Source of the DNA: Lingula anatina
Taxonomy: Eukaryota > Animalia > Brachiopoda
Direction of reading: 5' to 3'
NCBI GenBank assembly: GCA_051362555.1
Contig: CM120648.1
Location: 13,388,587-13,452,586, forward strand
Length of the DNA: 64,000 nt
Made by a program: the position numbers and the translations under genes. The notes beneath the pieces are model-generated. The model saw nothing but the letters and a program-made list of their open reading frames with translations. It was not told the origin of the DNA and made no database searches. The first letter of the stretch is position 1. The number at the start of each line of letters is the position of its first letter. Below are positions 50,365 through 64,000 of this stretch, in pieces.

Positions 50365-53300
50365 CAGTCAAAATAGTTCGTCCGATTTCCACTTTCACTC
50401 CCTTGGAAACCTTAGACACGCGGTTTATTACTGAAGTATCATAATGAATTTATACTGTCCTTAGGCATCGTTATGGGTCTAATTTTACTCAAAAAACCGT
50501 GCCGTCTGCGACGCAACTCCTAGGCGCGTATATTATCTATTCTTGGCGCGTGGAACGATTGTGTTAGTGCAGTAATTATCTTTCTCAACAGGTGGCATGG
50601 GCAGTTGTGAATTTTTTTTCAATCACCAAGATCGTCAAGGCCATTATCTGAAATAAAACAAGTCTCTGATATGAACGTCACTTCCGGCAAGCCATATATT
50701 ACTTCAGGGGACCTAATTTGCATATAAGATAAAAAATGCATTTTTTTTTCTTGTATTTGGGTTTGTCTGCAATTTTTTTCATTATTTTGAGTAATGCCAC
50801 CTTTTGCTCACAAACTGGGACACATTTGGTCCAATACGCTGTTTGTTAATTATGTAATTAGAAATAACTTTCATAACACAGACGTATATCACGTTTTCAC
50901 TCTAAAGACATAAAACTCGATGTTAGCTGCATGGGTATAAAAGTAGGTCAATTGCCTGTATAAAATTGCCATACGATTATTGATTTTTCAGTGTGGACCG
51001 TTTTAGGGGGAGAAGAAGTGGGAGAGGTATCAAGATGTCAGAAAAAATATTTTGGTTGCATGGAGTACCTGAAAGCAGAGTATATTGCAAATTTATGACG
51101 AAAAGAACAAAACTAGCCCAATCTCTAGTTTTACCATGCAGAACTTTATAAAACGTCAATCCCCTCTCTATTTCATCTGCCTCTCCCTAAAATATTTCAG
51201 GCCGCGTTAACTGTTCAGCTCCCGGGAAGCGCGGAGCATCCAGCGTGGTGGCAGACGCAGGTGCTCTGCAGACGACACATTCCATTCAGAAGAGGGGGTA
51301 AAGGTATTTAAGGGAAATGTTGTATTTAATTACATGTGGCGAATAACGTGATGAAGGAAAGAAAATTGACTTATTTGAATTTAGATGGACTAATTTCAAT
51401 AAAAGATACTGATATTTCTTCTCAAAATTGGTAGAATAAAAAAACGCAAAAGGATATAACCTATCTCCCCTAAATATCCTTCCATGGCACATCCTATCCT
51501 TGAGCTTTTGAACCTTTCACACTCCTACACACGCCGAGTTGTGTGGTATCAGTAGACAGGGGGCGTATTCGGGGTGGGGTGGGGGGGGGGAGAGAGAGAG
51601 AGAATTCTAATGTGACCGTTCTTGTTCAACAAGTCTTGATATTTCTGTTTTGATTATACTTTAGCATAATTTTGGGGTTCTTGCACAGTATTACATACAG
51701 TTTTATACATGTTATATTTTATACAATAAACCATTTTATTTTAAATGATACACCTGAGTTAAGAGCGTTGGCAGTTTTGTATCCAAACCCACAGCTGTTG
51801 ATTTTGCTGGTCTGCACAATCCGTGCTTCACTATAATTTAGATCTGATTCGTTTTCTTTTATTATGGTTTATCTGGGACAAACATAGAAGTACAACTTCA
51901 AGCATTGGGTTTAGCTACCCCCCCCTTCTCGCCAGTGTGTGTGTGTGTGTGTGTGTGTGTGTAGGGAGGTTGTATGTCGTTTTCACGAACTCCTGCCATG
52001 TCTTGACAAGGTATTGATATCATTAAAAATTAATTGTAACGCTTTTTAAGTCGTTTTGCTTCAAAATCATGAGTGTGTATGTGTTAATTTAATTCCATTT
52101 GCTTGAAGCTGTATTTGTCGTTCAGATTTCATTTAAAATGATTCTGCCTTCGTTTTTATCATTATTTTTTCACTTGTATTAATTCTGAAAAGTAAAATTT
52201 GTGACTTCCAGGAAACAATAGCTTCGTTATAGATAGACTCATCCAGATTTGTTCATGATTTTTTAAATCAGTGGCAATACCGCTAACAAGAATGCCTTTA
52301 ACCCGTTCTCTAGCGCGATATTTCCTACGTTAGCGCTTTTATTTGCGGTTTTGATGTGCACTGTTTGAACTTTGCGCTTCGGACTTCGACTGAAGTACAG
52401 GGTGACAAAATAATAATAAAAATAAAATGATTTAAATAAAATAAAATAAAATAAAATAAAATAAGCAGAAACTATATTTTTTATGAAATCCTAGAGAGGT
52501 CCATCAAATTTTAGGAAATTTGCTGGACTTTCAATATGTGTATGATCATTCCCAAAGAAAAATTCCGTTATCTTGGTCACTTTTGCATAAAAGTCATATT
52601 TAAAAAAACAGTTCTCGCTCAGAGAACGATTTATTCGAACAAGCTAGAATAGTTTCAGGGTTGCCTAGCCCGCATCTGTTAGCGTTTAACTAATTAGGCC
52701 ACGTCTTTAACCCAGGGCTGCTTAATCAACTAATAGACAAAGGGCGCCAGTCTAATTAAAGCTCCATCAAAGCGTAAATATTTTATTGCCCCATAGCTGT
52801 TGCTTATCTTCTCGCGCTCACTATGTTGATCAGTAGATGCGCCTTGGTCAGAGAAAAACGACGTCCGGAATCAGCAGATACAGTAAAGCGGTGAAACACT
52901 GGTTAGGCCACACTTTTTAAATTTTATGGATGACATCCTGCGCGCGCACCGATTTTCGTCCGTTCTCCAAAAAAAAAAAAAAAAAAAAATCCCCCCCCCC
53001 CCCAAGGAAGTCGGTTGTCGCAACGTCGTTATTGAATTTGCCGGAAAATGCAATCGGCAATCCTCGGCTAATTCCGCAAGCTCCATGCTGTCATTGTCGA
53101 CTGCGGAGACATCCGAGTAGTTCCGAGTGCGGAAAATGAGCTTTCTGCGCATGCGTATTATCACCACGTGGAAATATGGCCGCTTTGCCGTCAAATTCAT
53201 CTCTAGCATTAATTTCAAAATACACGACAATTAAAGTCATAAAGAGAACGGGGGCCGTCGTTTTGGATTGGTTTGCCATTGATATTGGACATGGAGATAT

Positions 53301-54231
53301 CACCTTTTTACAATTATACGAAAGGCTGGCCGCGGCCAGCGATCATCGCCCGGAAAATTTCAGTGACATTCTGTCCAAAGCAGCACATAGGCTTACCAGG
53401 GTTTTTTTTGTAGCGAAAAAAGGGTCGACAAGAGCGTCGTGGTATTTGGTGGACTGAAGGTTGGACAGGCCACCCAATAGTTGGCTGCTACGTGTGAGTC
53501 GAAGTAGACAAAATGGCATCGACCGAAATTACCTTTTTTAGATTTGGTAGTAGGAAGCATAGGCCTATCTTTGCTTCATTTTTTAACAATTCTGTGAAGT
53601 GTTCACAATGCTTAAATTTTCTGAGAGTACAAATAAAGACACGCTGTTTATTTGATATTTGTTTTATTGATTGCTATACCAACAGAATGCATGAAATAAC
53701 CTAAAATAGATTTGGTAATATGCAGCATATATATATTCATGACTTTTTACCTTTCTACGAAGTACCCTGTAGGCCCTATTCACAATGCTTTAATATTTTG
53801 AGAGCATGGATAAAGACATGTTGTTAGTTTGATACGTGTTTCTGTGGTAAATTAGTGTTCCCAGCTGTGTACTGAAAACATAACTTTTCTTAAGCAGTTT
53901 TTTTTTTTTTTTTTGGACTGTTTTTTTTTTTTTTTTTCGCCCGCTCGCACCGATTTTGGGGTCCCCAGAGGATGTCATCCATAAAAATAAAAAAGTGTGG
54001 CCTTACAGCGTACACGGACTTAACCTGGTTAAACCGAAAAATTCACAGGTACTGTTAAAGATTTATATCCTCCTTTTATATATCGTTATCCCCGCAGAAG
54101 AATTTTCTCTACGGATTCTCCACGTTGGCCCACCCACCACAGACAACAAAAGCTCGGTAGTAATAACGGGCGACTCTTTTATACGTAGGTTGAAAAGTCT
54201 CATAACTACAAGTAGTAGTAGGTCTTTGAGT

Positions 54232-55035
54232 AGACAATGTTTGTAAGTCGGCATCTTTTTCACTGTGGAGAATAGGGAAGATTCGGAATTTACTAAATAT
54301 AGAAACAACTACAAAATTAGTTCATGCTTTTATTACATCAAAATTAGATTATTGCAACAGTATTCTTTTGGGGGTGAGTGACAGCAAATTGAAAAAAATC
54401 CAATTGATTCAAAATTCAGCGGCCAGATTAGTTAAAAAGATAAGGAACCAGAGCTTGGATCATATCACTCCAGTGTTAAAGGAATTGCATTGGCTGCCAA
54501 TCAAACAAAGAATTTTGTTCAAAGTGTTGTGCATAATTTTTAGAGCTTTTAAAGAAAACACACCTGGTTATATTGCAAATCTTATTCAGTCATCTGAACC
54601 ACGCAGGTTAACAAGAAACTCTTTTGAAAACAATTTTATACTCAATCACTGTGAAATAGACAGAAAATGCAACAAATTCTATGGAGACCGGGCTTTTACT
54701 GTTTATGCTCCAAAATTGTGGAACAAATTGCCTTTTAGTATCAGAGCTGAAAGTGACTATAATACTTTTAAAGCCTGTCTTAAAACTCATCTTTTTAAAG
54801 AATTTTATGGTTAGTGTTCCTTTAAACCTTTTAGTTGTTTATCATTTATTAAGAGTGAGCTTGGGTTAATTTTAGTAGTATTTTAAAGTTATCAATAAAT
54901 TTTCTCTGCTTTCTTTAATTAATTAATTTTATCAGTAAATGTTAAAGTATTTTAGTATTGTTATTTTTAGACTTTTTAATTATTTGTAAAGTGCATTGAA
55001 ATGTAAAAAATGGAATGCGCTATATAAGAAATAAA

Positions 55036-55070
<35 letters not shown>
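54232..55070 (+). mobile_element. L2/CR1-group LINE 3' fragment
   Basis: LVHAFITSKLDYCNS, IQNSAARLV, HITPVLKELHWLP, GDRAF...APKLWN and FKACLKTHLF, ending in a (TTA)n tail. Confidence 0.92.
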
Positions 55071-55071
<1 letters not shown>

Positions 55072-56240
55072 AGCAATCTCCCCTGATTTCAATCATTCGG
55101 CCTCAGCTAAAACGGCTTCAGCTACAAAATCCACGGAGTTGCGCGAGTCCAATTATTATTATGTACAGACACAGATGTACCACAGGGGTCATGGTAGTCC
55201 TCTGCTGTTTCCAGCATGGCAATGTTAGGTGTAGATGATGTACAAGGTGCGCATATAAAAAGGTCGTTTGAAGCGTGCACTGCTTTCTGTCAAACTAAAA
55301 AGGTGGCTGAAGCACAGAAATGCGTAAACTGCAGGCAAAAAAACAGCTATTTGGACGGAGAATCAAGCAATTAAATGTTTTCTTTCTCAGTTTAAATACG
55401 ATGCGCTGTACAAATAGACTTCACCTAAGCGTCCGAGCCTTGGCTGCACTTTCAATAGTGATGACGAACTAAAGCTTCAGAGTTCTTTTAAATGCTTCCG
55501 ATAATAAAGATATGCGAAAGAGACTCGTTATTTTTTTATATATATAAAATCAAAATAGCCAGTAGACTCGTACACAGCTTTCAAGACGGTGGACAGGTGC
55601 GTAGGCCTACGTCTTCACAATATTACATGTATATATGCAAGCTGTGGCGATATCACCTCATTTACCGGCAGTATCAATTCATTACGATTTTTATGTCTTG
55701 TTTGAAGGATGTCTTAAGAGATTTTTGAAATGATAAAATGAAAAGATTCCCTGCATTTTTTGACTCGTACCTACTGTGTATACAGGTAAAACTGACGCGC
55801 AGATTGTTCGTCGGTGAACTGATTAAATCGTTTGGTACCTGATAAGGCATCAGGAGTTAGTTGTTCAATTGTTCGGTGAGGGGGGCAGCCACAACTGCGA
55901 CCTTTCCTCTGTAATTAAAACCTTCTAATTTTAAGTGTTAAATAGGTGAGACAGGAATTCTCGACTCTTTCCCAGACGATAATTAAAGTTAACCGTATAG
56001 CAAGAGGCCAAATTATTTGATTTTTAAATGTTTTCATGCGTATTTTCATCGTTTTCAATCAAAGACAATAAAATCATTCAAATAAAGTATTTTCCACACA
56101 TTTCATACTTTTCAACCATCTAAGACAGTTAAATAAAGGTAGGCCTATTTCAATACTAAGCATATTTGTATTACTTTACAAACACGTTGTTAGATTATTT
56201 TTAATATCCATTTTGTCTTTTCCATACATGTATTATGCAC

Positions 56241-56284
<44 letters not shown>

Positions 56285-59200
56285 TAAATAACAATATATG
56301 CCCATTGAATTTTCCAATTCTCTTGTCATTGAGTTCAGAAACAAATAACTTTTTATTTTGCCGATAACGCGTTCAACAATAGCCGATGTACTTTCTTCTT
56401 CGTATGTCTCTGTTGATCTTGAAAATATGAGCCCCGTTTGTGCAAATCAGTAATACGTAAACGGGACTGGCTACGTAATAAAAAAAATTTATTAACGTCT
56501 CACGTTAAAAAAAAATAGAACCCACCCTACGAAGGGTTATGAGAGACTAAAACCTGTGATAGGCCTACTACATTTAAAATGATCACTTATCATAAAAAGC
56601 ACACACAAAAAGGATATTACATACAAAACTTTTCTAACCTTCTCTTTGTTGTTACACAAAAAGTCGTGAAAGTTCTTGAATTTTTTGTAAGTAGAATCCC
56701 CGTGTAAAACTTCACAGCTTTTACTTTCTTTTTCCATAATCTCATGCTTAAAGTCTTTTCTTTCTTTTTAGGCCCCTATTCTTTAATTTTTTCTTCAGAT
56801 CTTTATGATGTTTTTTTTTTCTCGCATTGTTTACCCCCGAGTTCTATTTGCCGATAGTTCGTTATATCCGTTGATTAACTAAGCATTTCTGTTTTTTATT
56901 AAAGCACCGTTGATCTCCTAATATTATAGTTTTTCTTCCCGCCTTCGAAATGCTCAGCGCAAACGCGATGCCCTGCTTTTGATCCAAACCTGCTATATTT
57001 TCCTTTCTTTCTACCATATTTTTCATTCTAACGGGTTTGTTGGGAACTTATTAAACCTCATGTGTCGATCTCGCTTAGGCCCTACTGGTTATTGTAGCAG
57101 CGGGACAAAAAGCACGTAAACCCAGCCATGGTTTCGACATGGCAGGACTCCCCTACCCACAATGCAATTTCCATTTCCGGAAAAGATGAAAAAGGTCTAC
57201 ACGTCATTACCGAATTCCTCAACATCAACCAATCACGGTTATTACTTATGAAAGTAAAACGAGGTTAGCAGTTAGGGGAATTCCCTGAACTTCCCCGTAA
57301 GTGGGACTTTTATTGAGTCTAAATTATACCGTAACACTTAATATACTCGCCAAAATGGCGACTTGCATCATAAATTTCACACGCCAGATTTAATTTGCTG
57401 GCGAGTGCGAGTGTCAAACGCTGCTACAACGGTAAAATTAGCGGTCCACCTAAAATACAGTACGAAAACCGCTGTAGTAATCGGAGTTTTTTCCTTCCTC
57501 CACCTGGTCTGCTCTTCATGTGCCAAGATAGGCCACCACAGGTGAGTCAGTCAGGCCATAGTCAGGCCAGGTACTGTAGAGACAGCACGCCCCCTGCAGG
57601 AGATCGTCTACATTGTGACATCATAACTGCCACGCATCCGTTGTCTCAGATCTCCCGAATCGGACGTGCTACGATCGACGATCTCTACAATTCTCAAGGA
57701 GCCTAACAATAGCAACAGTGATCACTCGTGATCACTCACCAAATCAGTAAGTAGACACAGTGAATCCTTAGCACGACACAGTGAATACTGTACCGCAAAA
57801 ACCGCGAAAACCAGAAGTTGCTCGGCGAAGACCTCACTATAAGCTACTAATAATCGATGTTTTCGACAAATCACCGTAATATTTGGGTAACTTGGACCAC
57901 ATTACATATATCAGGACCTTTGATAGTGATGTTTCAGTGAATTTAGTAAGTAACAGCTGAGTTTTCTTGATCGGCAATCTAGCGTGGGAGCCATTGTTTG
58001 GTTAACAATTGGCATGTGTAAACAGCAGTGTCCCCTCAGGCCCACTAGATGCCATCTCAGGCCAGTATTGCCCTCTCAGGCCAGTAATGCTCTCTCAGGC
58101 ATATGAATGTGGATAACAGCACAATATTTTCTGCGTACTTAATACATACATATAAGAATCTAACAAACATTCATCAAGTAACATTTACAACATTGTACCA
58201 ACTTGAAGTCAATTAATGCTTTATTTGTAAATGTGTTCTTTGTGCATGTGAAGAATTCCTTCTAACTGTACATGAAGTTGTAAGAACTTTTTCTTTGCAT
58301 AAAACTTTATAAAGAAAATATATAATCATTAAATGTTTTTCATTATAAAAAGTTGTTTTTGTTTGTTCAAATCATGTTAAAATATAGGCTCTCTACATAC
58401 CAAATTCCATTTTACCAAAACAGTTATCAATACATATATAGTAAATGTATGCACTGGCAAATTATTTTTTAAGAAAAGGGACTTCTCATTCTGAGACAAC
58501 TACAGTATATAGTTAATACCACTAACCCAGTGGACTTGCATGCTTTTTATCATTAATGCATGGACTGTATTATATTTTATATTAATAACAGTTTTATCAA
58601 AGAACTTGTAGGTTCATTTGACATTACACTCATTAGGATCTGCTTGTCATTAATGGTATGCTTCAGTGGCTCTGTGCCCTCAGTAATGATCAAGAAATGA
58701 TCAAGACTTAACTAGTTAAAGCTGCAGTCTTAGCTGTCACTAATTAAGTCCATCTAGCTGCCAGTGTCAACAAATTTAAGTTCACTGCTACATCGATATC
58801 TTTTCCATGAATTTATACAATTTTTTGGTGAATTTTTTTAACATTTTCTCATTTTTTTCGAACTGAGCTGAGAATTTGAATTAATGGGCCTGAAGCCATG
58901 TGATATTTGTTTCTGACTCTGCTGTTAGGCAAAATGTAATATTGCATCAGCATTTTCTATCTTGTACCTCATTATTTTCTGTTTTTTTTACTGAAAGTTA
59001 TGCAGTTTTGGGTGGAATATGGGCATGAAACCCATTTATTAGTTATCCATGTTACATAAGGTAGATAATCAATTAAATCTCAATATTACTAATTTAAAAT
59101 CCATCTGGCAGTTTTCATTTCCTTGCCTTTGTGGGCCCATAGCCACATCTCAGTGGCAGGTGGGCTGCGTATAGGGGTCCACACATTCGACAATTCTTTG

Positions 59201-60074
59201 TTTTTGTATTTATTATTAGCGCAGGTCGCACGTTTAGATAAAATACATTTGCTTGCCTTGTTTGTATCTGTAATAAAAAGTACAAGTGTTGATAATTGAT
59301 AGCCAGTATTGAGTAATAGAAATAACAGTAGGGATAAAAAATGAACACGATAGAAAGCAGTACAGTCACCATTGTAAAAGAACAAATAAGCGCATGTCGG
59401 GCATAAGACAAAAACAGTTCATAAAAATACTAGACACTTAAAAAAAGGACTTTATAGAAACAATGGATATTTCAACAAATATAATTCTGGTTTTATTTTT
59501 ACGTAATCTTCAAAACCTAGCACGCTCTTTTAACGTCCCTTTTTACATGCAGCACATGGTACAATGTACGCATCCTAGTAGTTTGCTCGTTTATTCTTAT
59601 TTTGGTATACTTGGAACTGAGGACAAAATGTAGGCCTTTGAAAACATAACGCGCACCTCATATTAGCCTGCTAGCGCAGTCTGTAGCGCAGTCTATAAAC
59701 AAGGCAGCAAAGCTGTCAAATGTACAGACAAAAAGCAAGAAAATAACTATGCACAAAATAGGCTACTGTCAATTCTGATGCAAAAGTACATTATGTTAAA
59801 CTGTAAATTCAACATCAAATTTTAATTATGCTCAACAGGTAATACCAATGAAAGTAAAATGTGTAACAAGCATAAGGCTTCAGGCCCATGAGAGTTCAAG
59901 TTCACACTGAAAATGTATAACTTCCAGAAAAAGAAGCCAATTAGACTGCTTTTCCAACTCAGGCTACATGCCGATTTTCGAACTTGACCTCCGTTTAAGT
60001 AAGATCGATTACTCCTGAGAGTTTCACGACAACAGGCCTATCGGTTTTCCTTGAAATGTGTTTACAGTGTTGCA

Positions 60075-61115
60075 TATATGTTGAAAAGTGAAAGAAAAAA
60101 GCATAACTTCTACAATAATGGCCTGATCATCCTGATTTTCGAACTTGACCTGCGTTTTATGAATATTCATCAGCTCTTTAAATATAAAGCCCAAAAGTAA
60201 AACTGCCTTCCACTTATCGTGTTTACAATGAAAGTGCAAGGTGCCAGCAACGGCGATGACGGCTACGACAGACGCAGGTGATGGCAATATGTACAGACAC
60301 ATCTGTACATATTTACTGTACTGTTTGAGAACAGTAAGTGACATGGTTTTTCTTAAATGGTCATCATGGGAGCAGTGCCCAAAATAGGTTTTTTTCAAAT
60401 TTTGATGCAATATTACATAATGTTTAACAGCATAATGACCATCAATTTTTAAGAATAAAATATTAGTATCATGGATTTTCAGAAAATGTGACTAGCAAAG
60501 GTCTTCAGGCCCATGGAACTTCAAAGCCACAACTTGAAAATGCCAAAATGTGAACAAGACAGCACTGTTCTGAAATGGGTTTATTTCCATTTTTAACAAT
60601 TTTTAACATAAAACAAAATTAACAGTTTACTGCCATTTTTATATTATCAACTAAGAAAATTGATGAGATGGGAAAAATATAAATAGAATAGTGTTAAATG
60701 TCCAATTTCTTCCATTCTGAGATTCTGAACATAGTGAATGATTGAATCTGACAAACTGCAATGATATGAGTTTATTTCCATTTTTGAAACTTTATTACAC
60801 AATACACAATATCAAGTTTAACATCATTTTTACAAAATTAACTAACAATGTTGTAAAGATGCAGGAAATGTCAAACAAACACTTTTACGTATCTTATTAG
60901 TTTAATAATGAGACTGTTAACATGCCTAAGAATTGAATCTGAGGAAATGTGAAAAATATGCTGAAAAGTGAAAAAACAGCATAACTTCTACAATAATGGC
61001 CCGATCATGCTGATTTTCGAACTTGACCTGCGTTTTATGAATATTCATCAGCTCTGTAAATATAAAGCCAAAAAGTAAAACTGCCCTCCACTTATCGTGT
61101 TTACAAGGAAAGTGC
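60075..61115. repeat. About 165-bp direct repeat (about 60075-60240 and 60955-61115)
   Basis: Near-identical sequence, giving duplicated small ORFs in the track. Confidence 0.85.
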
Positions 61116-62199
61116 ACGGCGCCGGCATCGCCATCGCCATCGCCATTGATTTAGTCAAAAGCACACAGGTAAATATTTTTGTGATCTTTTAAAAAAAACT
61201 TTAAAATGATGAATTTTCACAATGGGGCAATGGGTGTTAATCTTTCAAGGTCATACAATAACAGCAATGTGGTGGTTTTCTTTTGGTTGACATCCAATAG
61301 TTGAGAAATATCTCCTATCAGTCTCAGCTTCAGTTTCAATCTCTTGTGGACTTTCTACCACAGTCCAGGAAAAAAATTCCCTTATTCATAAACTACTATC
61401 TATAATGTGCGTGGATTTAGCAGTGCCCACCCCAGATTAGTTAACATTTTTATTTGATTCTTTTAATTGTATATGAATATATTTTAAACAAGTCACAGTG
61501 AAATAAAACATGTATTTAGTTTTTCTTATTTGAAAGAAAATGAGGCATCTTCTCTGCATAGTAGTAAATTATATGAATATTTATTATGGTGTTCAGCATT
61601 TTTGTCACAAACTTAAAATACCAATATATATTTTCCCTCATGCTCCTTGCCCTAAGATGTTCATAATTTATTAATTTTGCTAATTTTCTTTTGGTATACA
61701 ACTTATTTGTAAGAATATTTGTTGTAGGTAAAGTCCATTGGTAACCAGCTACACTGTTAGAAGTTGTGATATCAAAGCAAAGCAGTTATCAATGTTAAGG
61801 GTGCCTCAACATGATAGTATTTGATGCATTTTGTCCCCGAGAATCATGCATGATCATACATTTTGACAAGTCCAACATCTGCCTCAACACTGAGGACTAA
61901 TTTGGCATGTTACAATCAGGTAGAAAGTATCATTATGATAATTTCCCCTATTTAAGTTAATATTTTCAATTTTTAATTTAAAGAGTAAAGTTAGGTCACC
62001 TGCTAGTTTTCAGTAAAGAAATATGAGAAAAAAATTATGGATAACACAGACTTTATGATATCAAAACTGTGGGAGCATTATACTAAGCAGGACTTGATTA
62101 GGTGAGTCTTTAATACAAATAGCATGATTATCAAGGCTTATAAAGTAATGCTAACTTGTTTTCTCATTTAGTATTTTTTGTGACTGAAAATCTAATGTA

Positions 62200-62767
62200 C
62201 TGCTATATCTTTCCGAGAAAAACTGAGCTGCAAGACTGGTTTGTCAAATAAAGTGCAATAGTACACACCATATCACTCCCATTCTGAAAGGATAAAACTG
62301 GCTGCTTGTATTTGTATTATTTTTAAGGCGATACATACACAAGGACCATTATATTTATCTGATCCTATCTGTTTTAACTGACCATGGCGGTCCACACATT
62401 TTAATACTGAGAATGACCTTATTTTAGAACAGTCTATTTTAGAGAAGGGGTGCCTCAAAAGTTATGGAGATCGGGCTTTTACAATCAATGCCTCCAAATT
62501 ATGGAACGCCTTACCAAATTTTATTAGAAAAGCAGACGACTTTGACAGTTTTAAATCCCTTCTTAAAACTCACATTTTTAAATCCGTCTATATCTCTTAG
62601 GTATATATATATAATGTTTTTAGTAGTGTTAATTTTAAATGGCTTCCAATTGTTTCAGATTTAAATATTGTAGTGATTTTTTAATGATTTTAGTTATATT
62701 ATTGTAAGGCGCCTTGAGGTAGCACGTAAGGCACCATATAAGAATATTATTATTATTATTATTATTG
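62200..62767 (+). mobile_element. Decayed L2-type LINE 3' fragment
   Basis: AARLV, HITPILK, YGDRAF...KLWNALP and FKSLLKTHIF with stops; (TTA)n tail. Confidence 0.85.
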
Positions 62768-64000
62768 ACAGATATCTTTTACATGTCTATTTTATTTTAC
62801 AAGTTTTTTTATTTAGAATCCTGGTTGTGAAGAACTAGAAATTTCTTCCACTTGTATGAGTACCAATTTCTACTGTATATATTAAGTATTCAAGTAATCT
62901 GTTCTGTTATCGACTTCAAGTACCTGAGAGGGCACGACGGGCCTTACAGGGCGCTGTTTTAAATTGGAGGTAGAGCATACTCAAGCAATAAATAGCCGTA
63001 AAACACAAACTCACGTTGAACATCAAAACTTTATTAGAAAACCTATATCAAAGTTAACACTGACTGTAATTTAGAGTATAGTAACTGACAGTGCTTTACT
63101 TATTTGTCGATTATATCAGATATTAACGGCAACTGCACGTGAGGGAGAAGACGAGGTTTTCACAGTGGTACATGTACCTGGTAGTTTTCTTGATATCCGT
63201 AGTTAGTAGTGCCGATTATTTACGACCATAAAGTTCTACCAGTCCTTTCTTATGGGTAATTTATGAAAAATTGCATATCATGCCGTAAATAAATAACTGT
63301 GTGCATTCTCCTTCCACATACGAAAGCGACGGCAATCAGAGCTCCCGCCATCTTGGATAAAATTAGTTATGTTGTATATAAAAAAAACGATGTGCGGAAA
63401 CAAATACTACACACCAGTCAGCATAAAAACAACCCAAGCAATAAATGATTCAGAAAACAAGTACCATTTATCCAAAAAATATCCATTTCATGAGATAAAT
63501 AACCTTAATTCAATTTATTTACATCTGAATGAGTTCGTAGTTTAGCAGTCACCGCTACTGCGCATGCGCAGATGGTCTTTTTCGCGTAATTTTAGCGTTG
63601 ATTGTTTTTAATGTAATTTAACCATTTTGTGTTTTGAAAAAAATTTTATTTCATTTTTTGGTACCTGAATATATGCTGTAAACATCTTGTATAGCCATCT
63701 TACATAACTACGTCGGCCATACGAGTTATTTGTCAGTGAATATGGGGTTACCTGAACATTTTATATAGAAAAGCATATGGGAGAAAAATTTCAGGCTTAA
63801 ATATAAAACACTCTAAAAAATTAATTATTTTAAATATGCAACTTCTCGGGCTCAATTTATTAGTTTTTAGCATAGTTCTTCACAGTAAATTAAAAGAAAA
63901 CAAAATCTGGGAGGGTCACGTTCCAATGCCCCTATGTTATTTTTCTGATTCTTACAGAGACTGGTACTAATTAAATGTTCCATTGAAACAGCAGTGCTGA

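Noticed and set aside
60130-60180. Minus-strand CTGATGA...GAAA as a second hammerhead (also in the repeat copy near 61010-61055)
   Set aside because: No convincing stem I or stem II pairing.
60024-61117. Duplicated 128-aa and 63-aa ORFs as a gene pair
   Set aside because: They come from a 165-bp direct repeat with no recognisable domain or splice structure.

Overview
AT-rich, intron-containing animal genomic DNA, probably a marine invertebrate (species not determinable from this sequence). Three spliced protein-coding genes can be reconstructed by hand. (1) A minus-strand Roco gene (LRR-ROC-COR, MFHAS1-like, about 952 aa) whose separate terminal exon carries a RHIM-like motif. (2) A 10-exon D-aspartate/D-amino-acid oxidase (329 aa) with altered active-site residues and no PTS1. 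(3) An about 677-aa death-fold protein, DED-CARD-CARD followed by two tandem, truncated and apparently catalytically dead NACHT-like modules, plus a third pseudogenised module; it lies downstream of an adjacent C/EBP + NF-kB motif pair. The remainder is dense with mobile DNA: two Tc1 families (one nested in the other), Harbinger-like, Kolobok-like and 5-bp-TSD MITEs, a Helentron-like element, L2 LINE 3' ends, a 1.2-kb foldback and a Penelope-type minimal hammerhead ribozyme. Domain calls come from motif recognition by eye, not from database searches.
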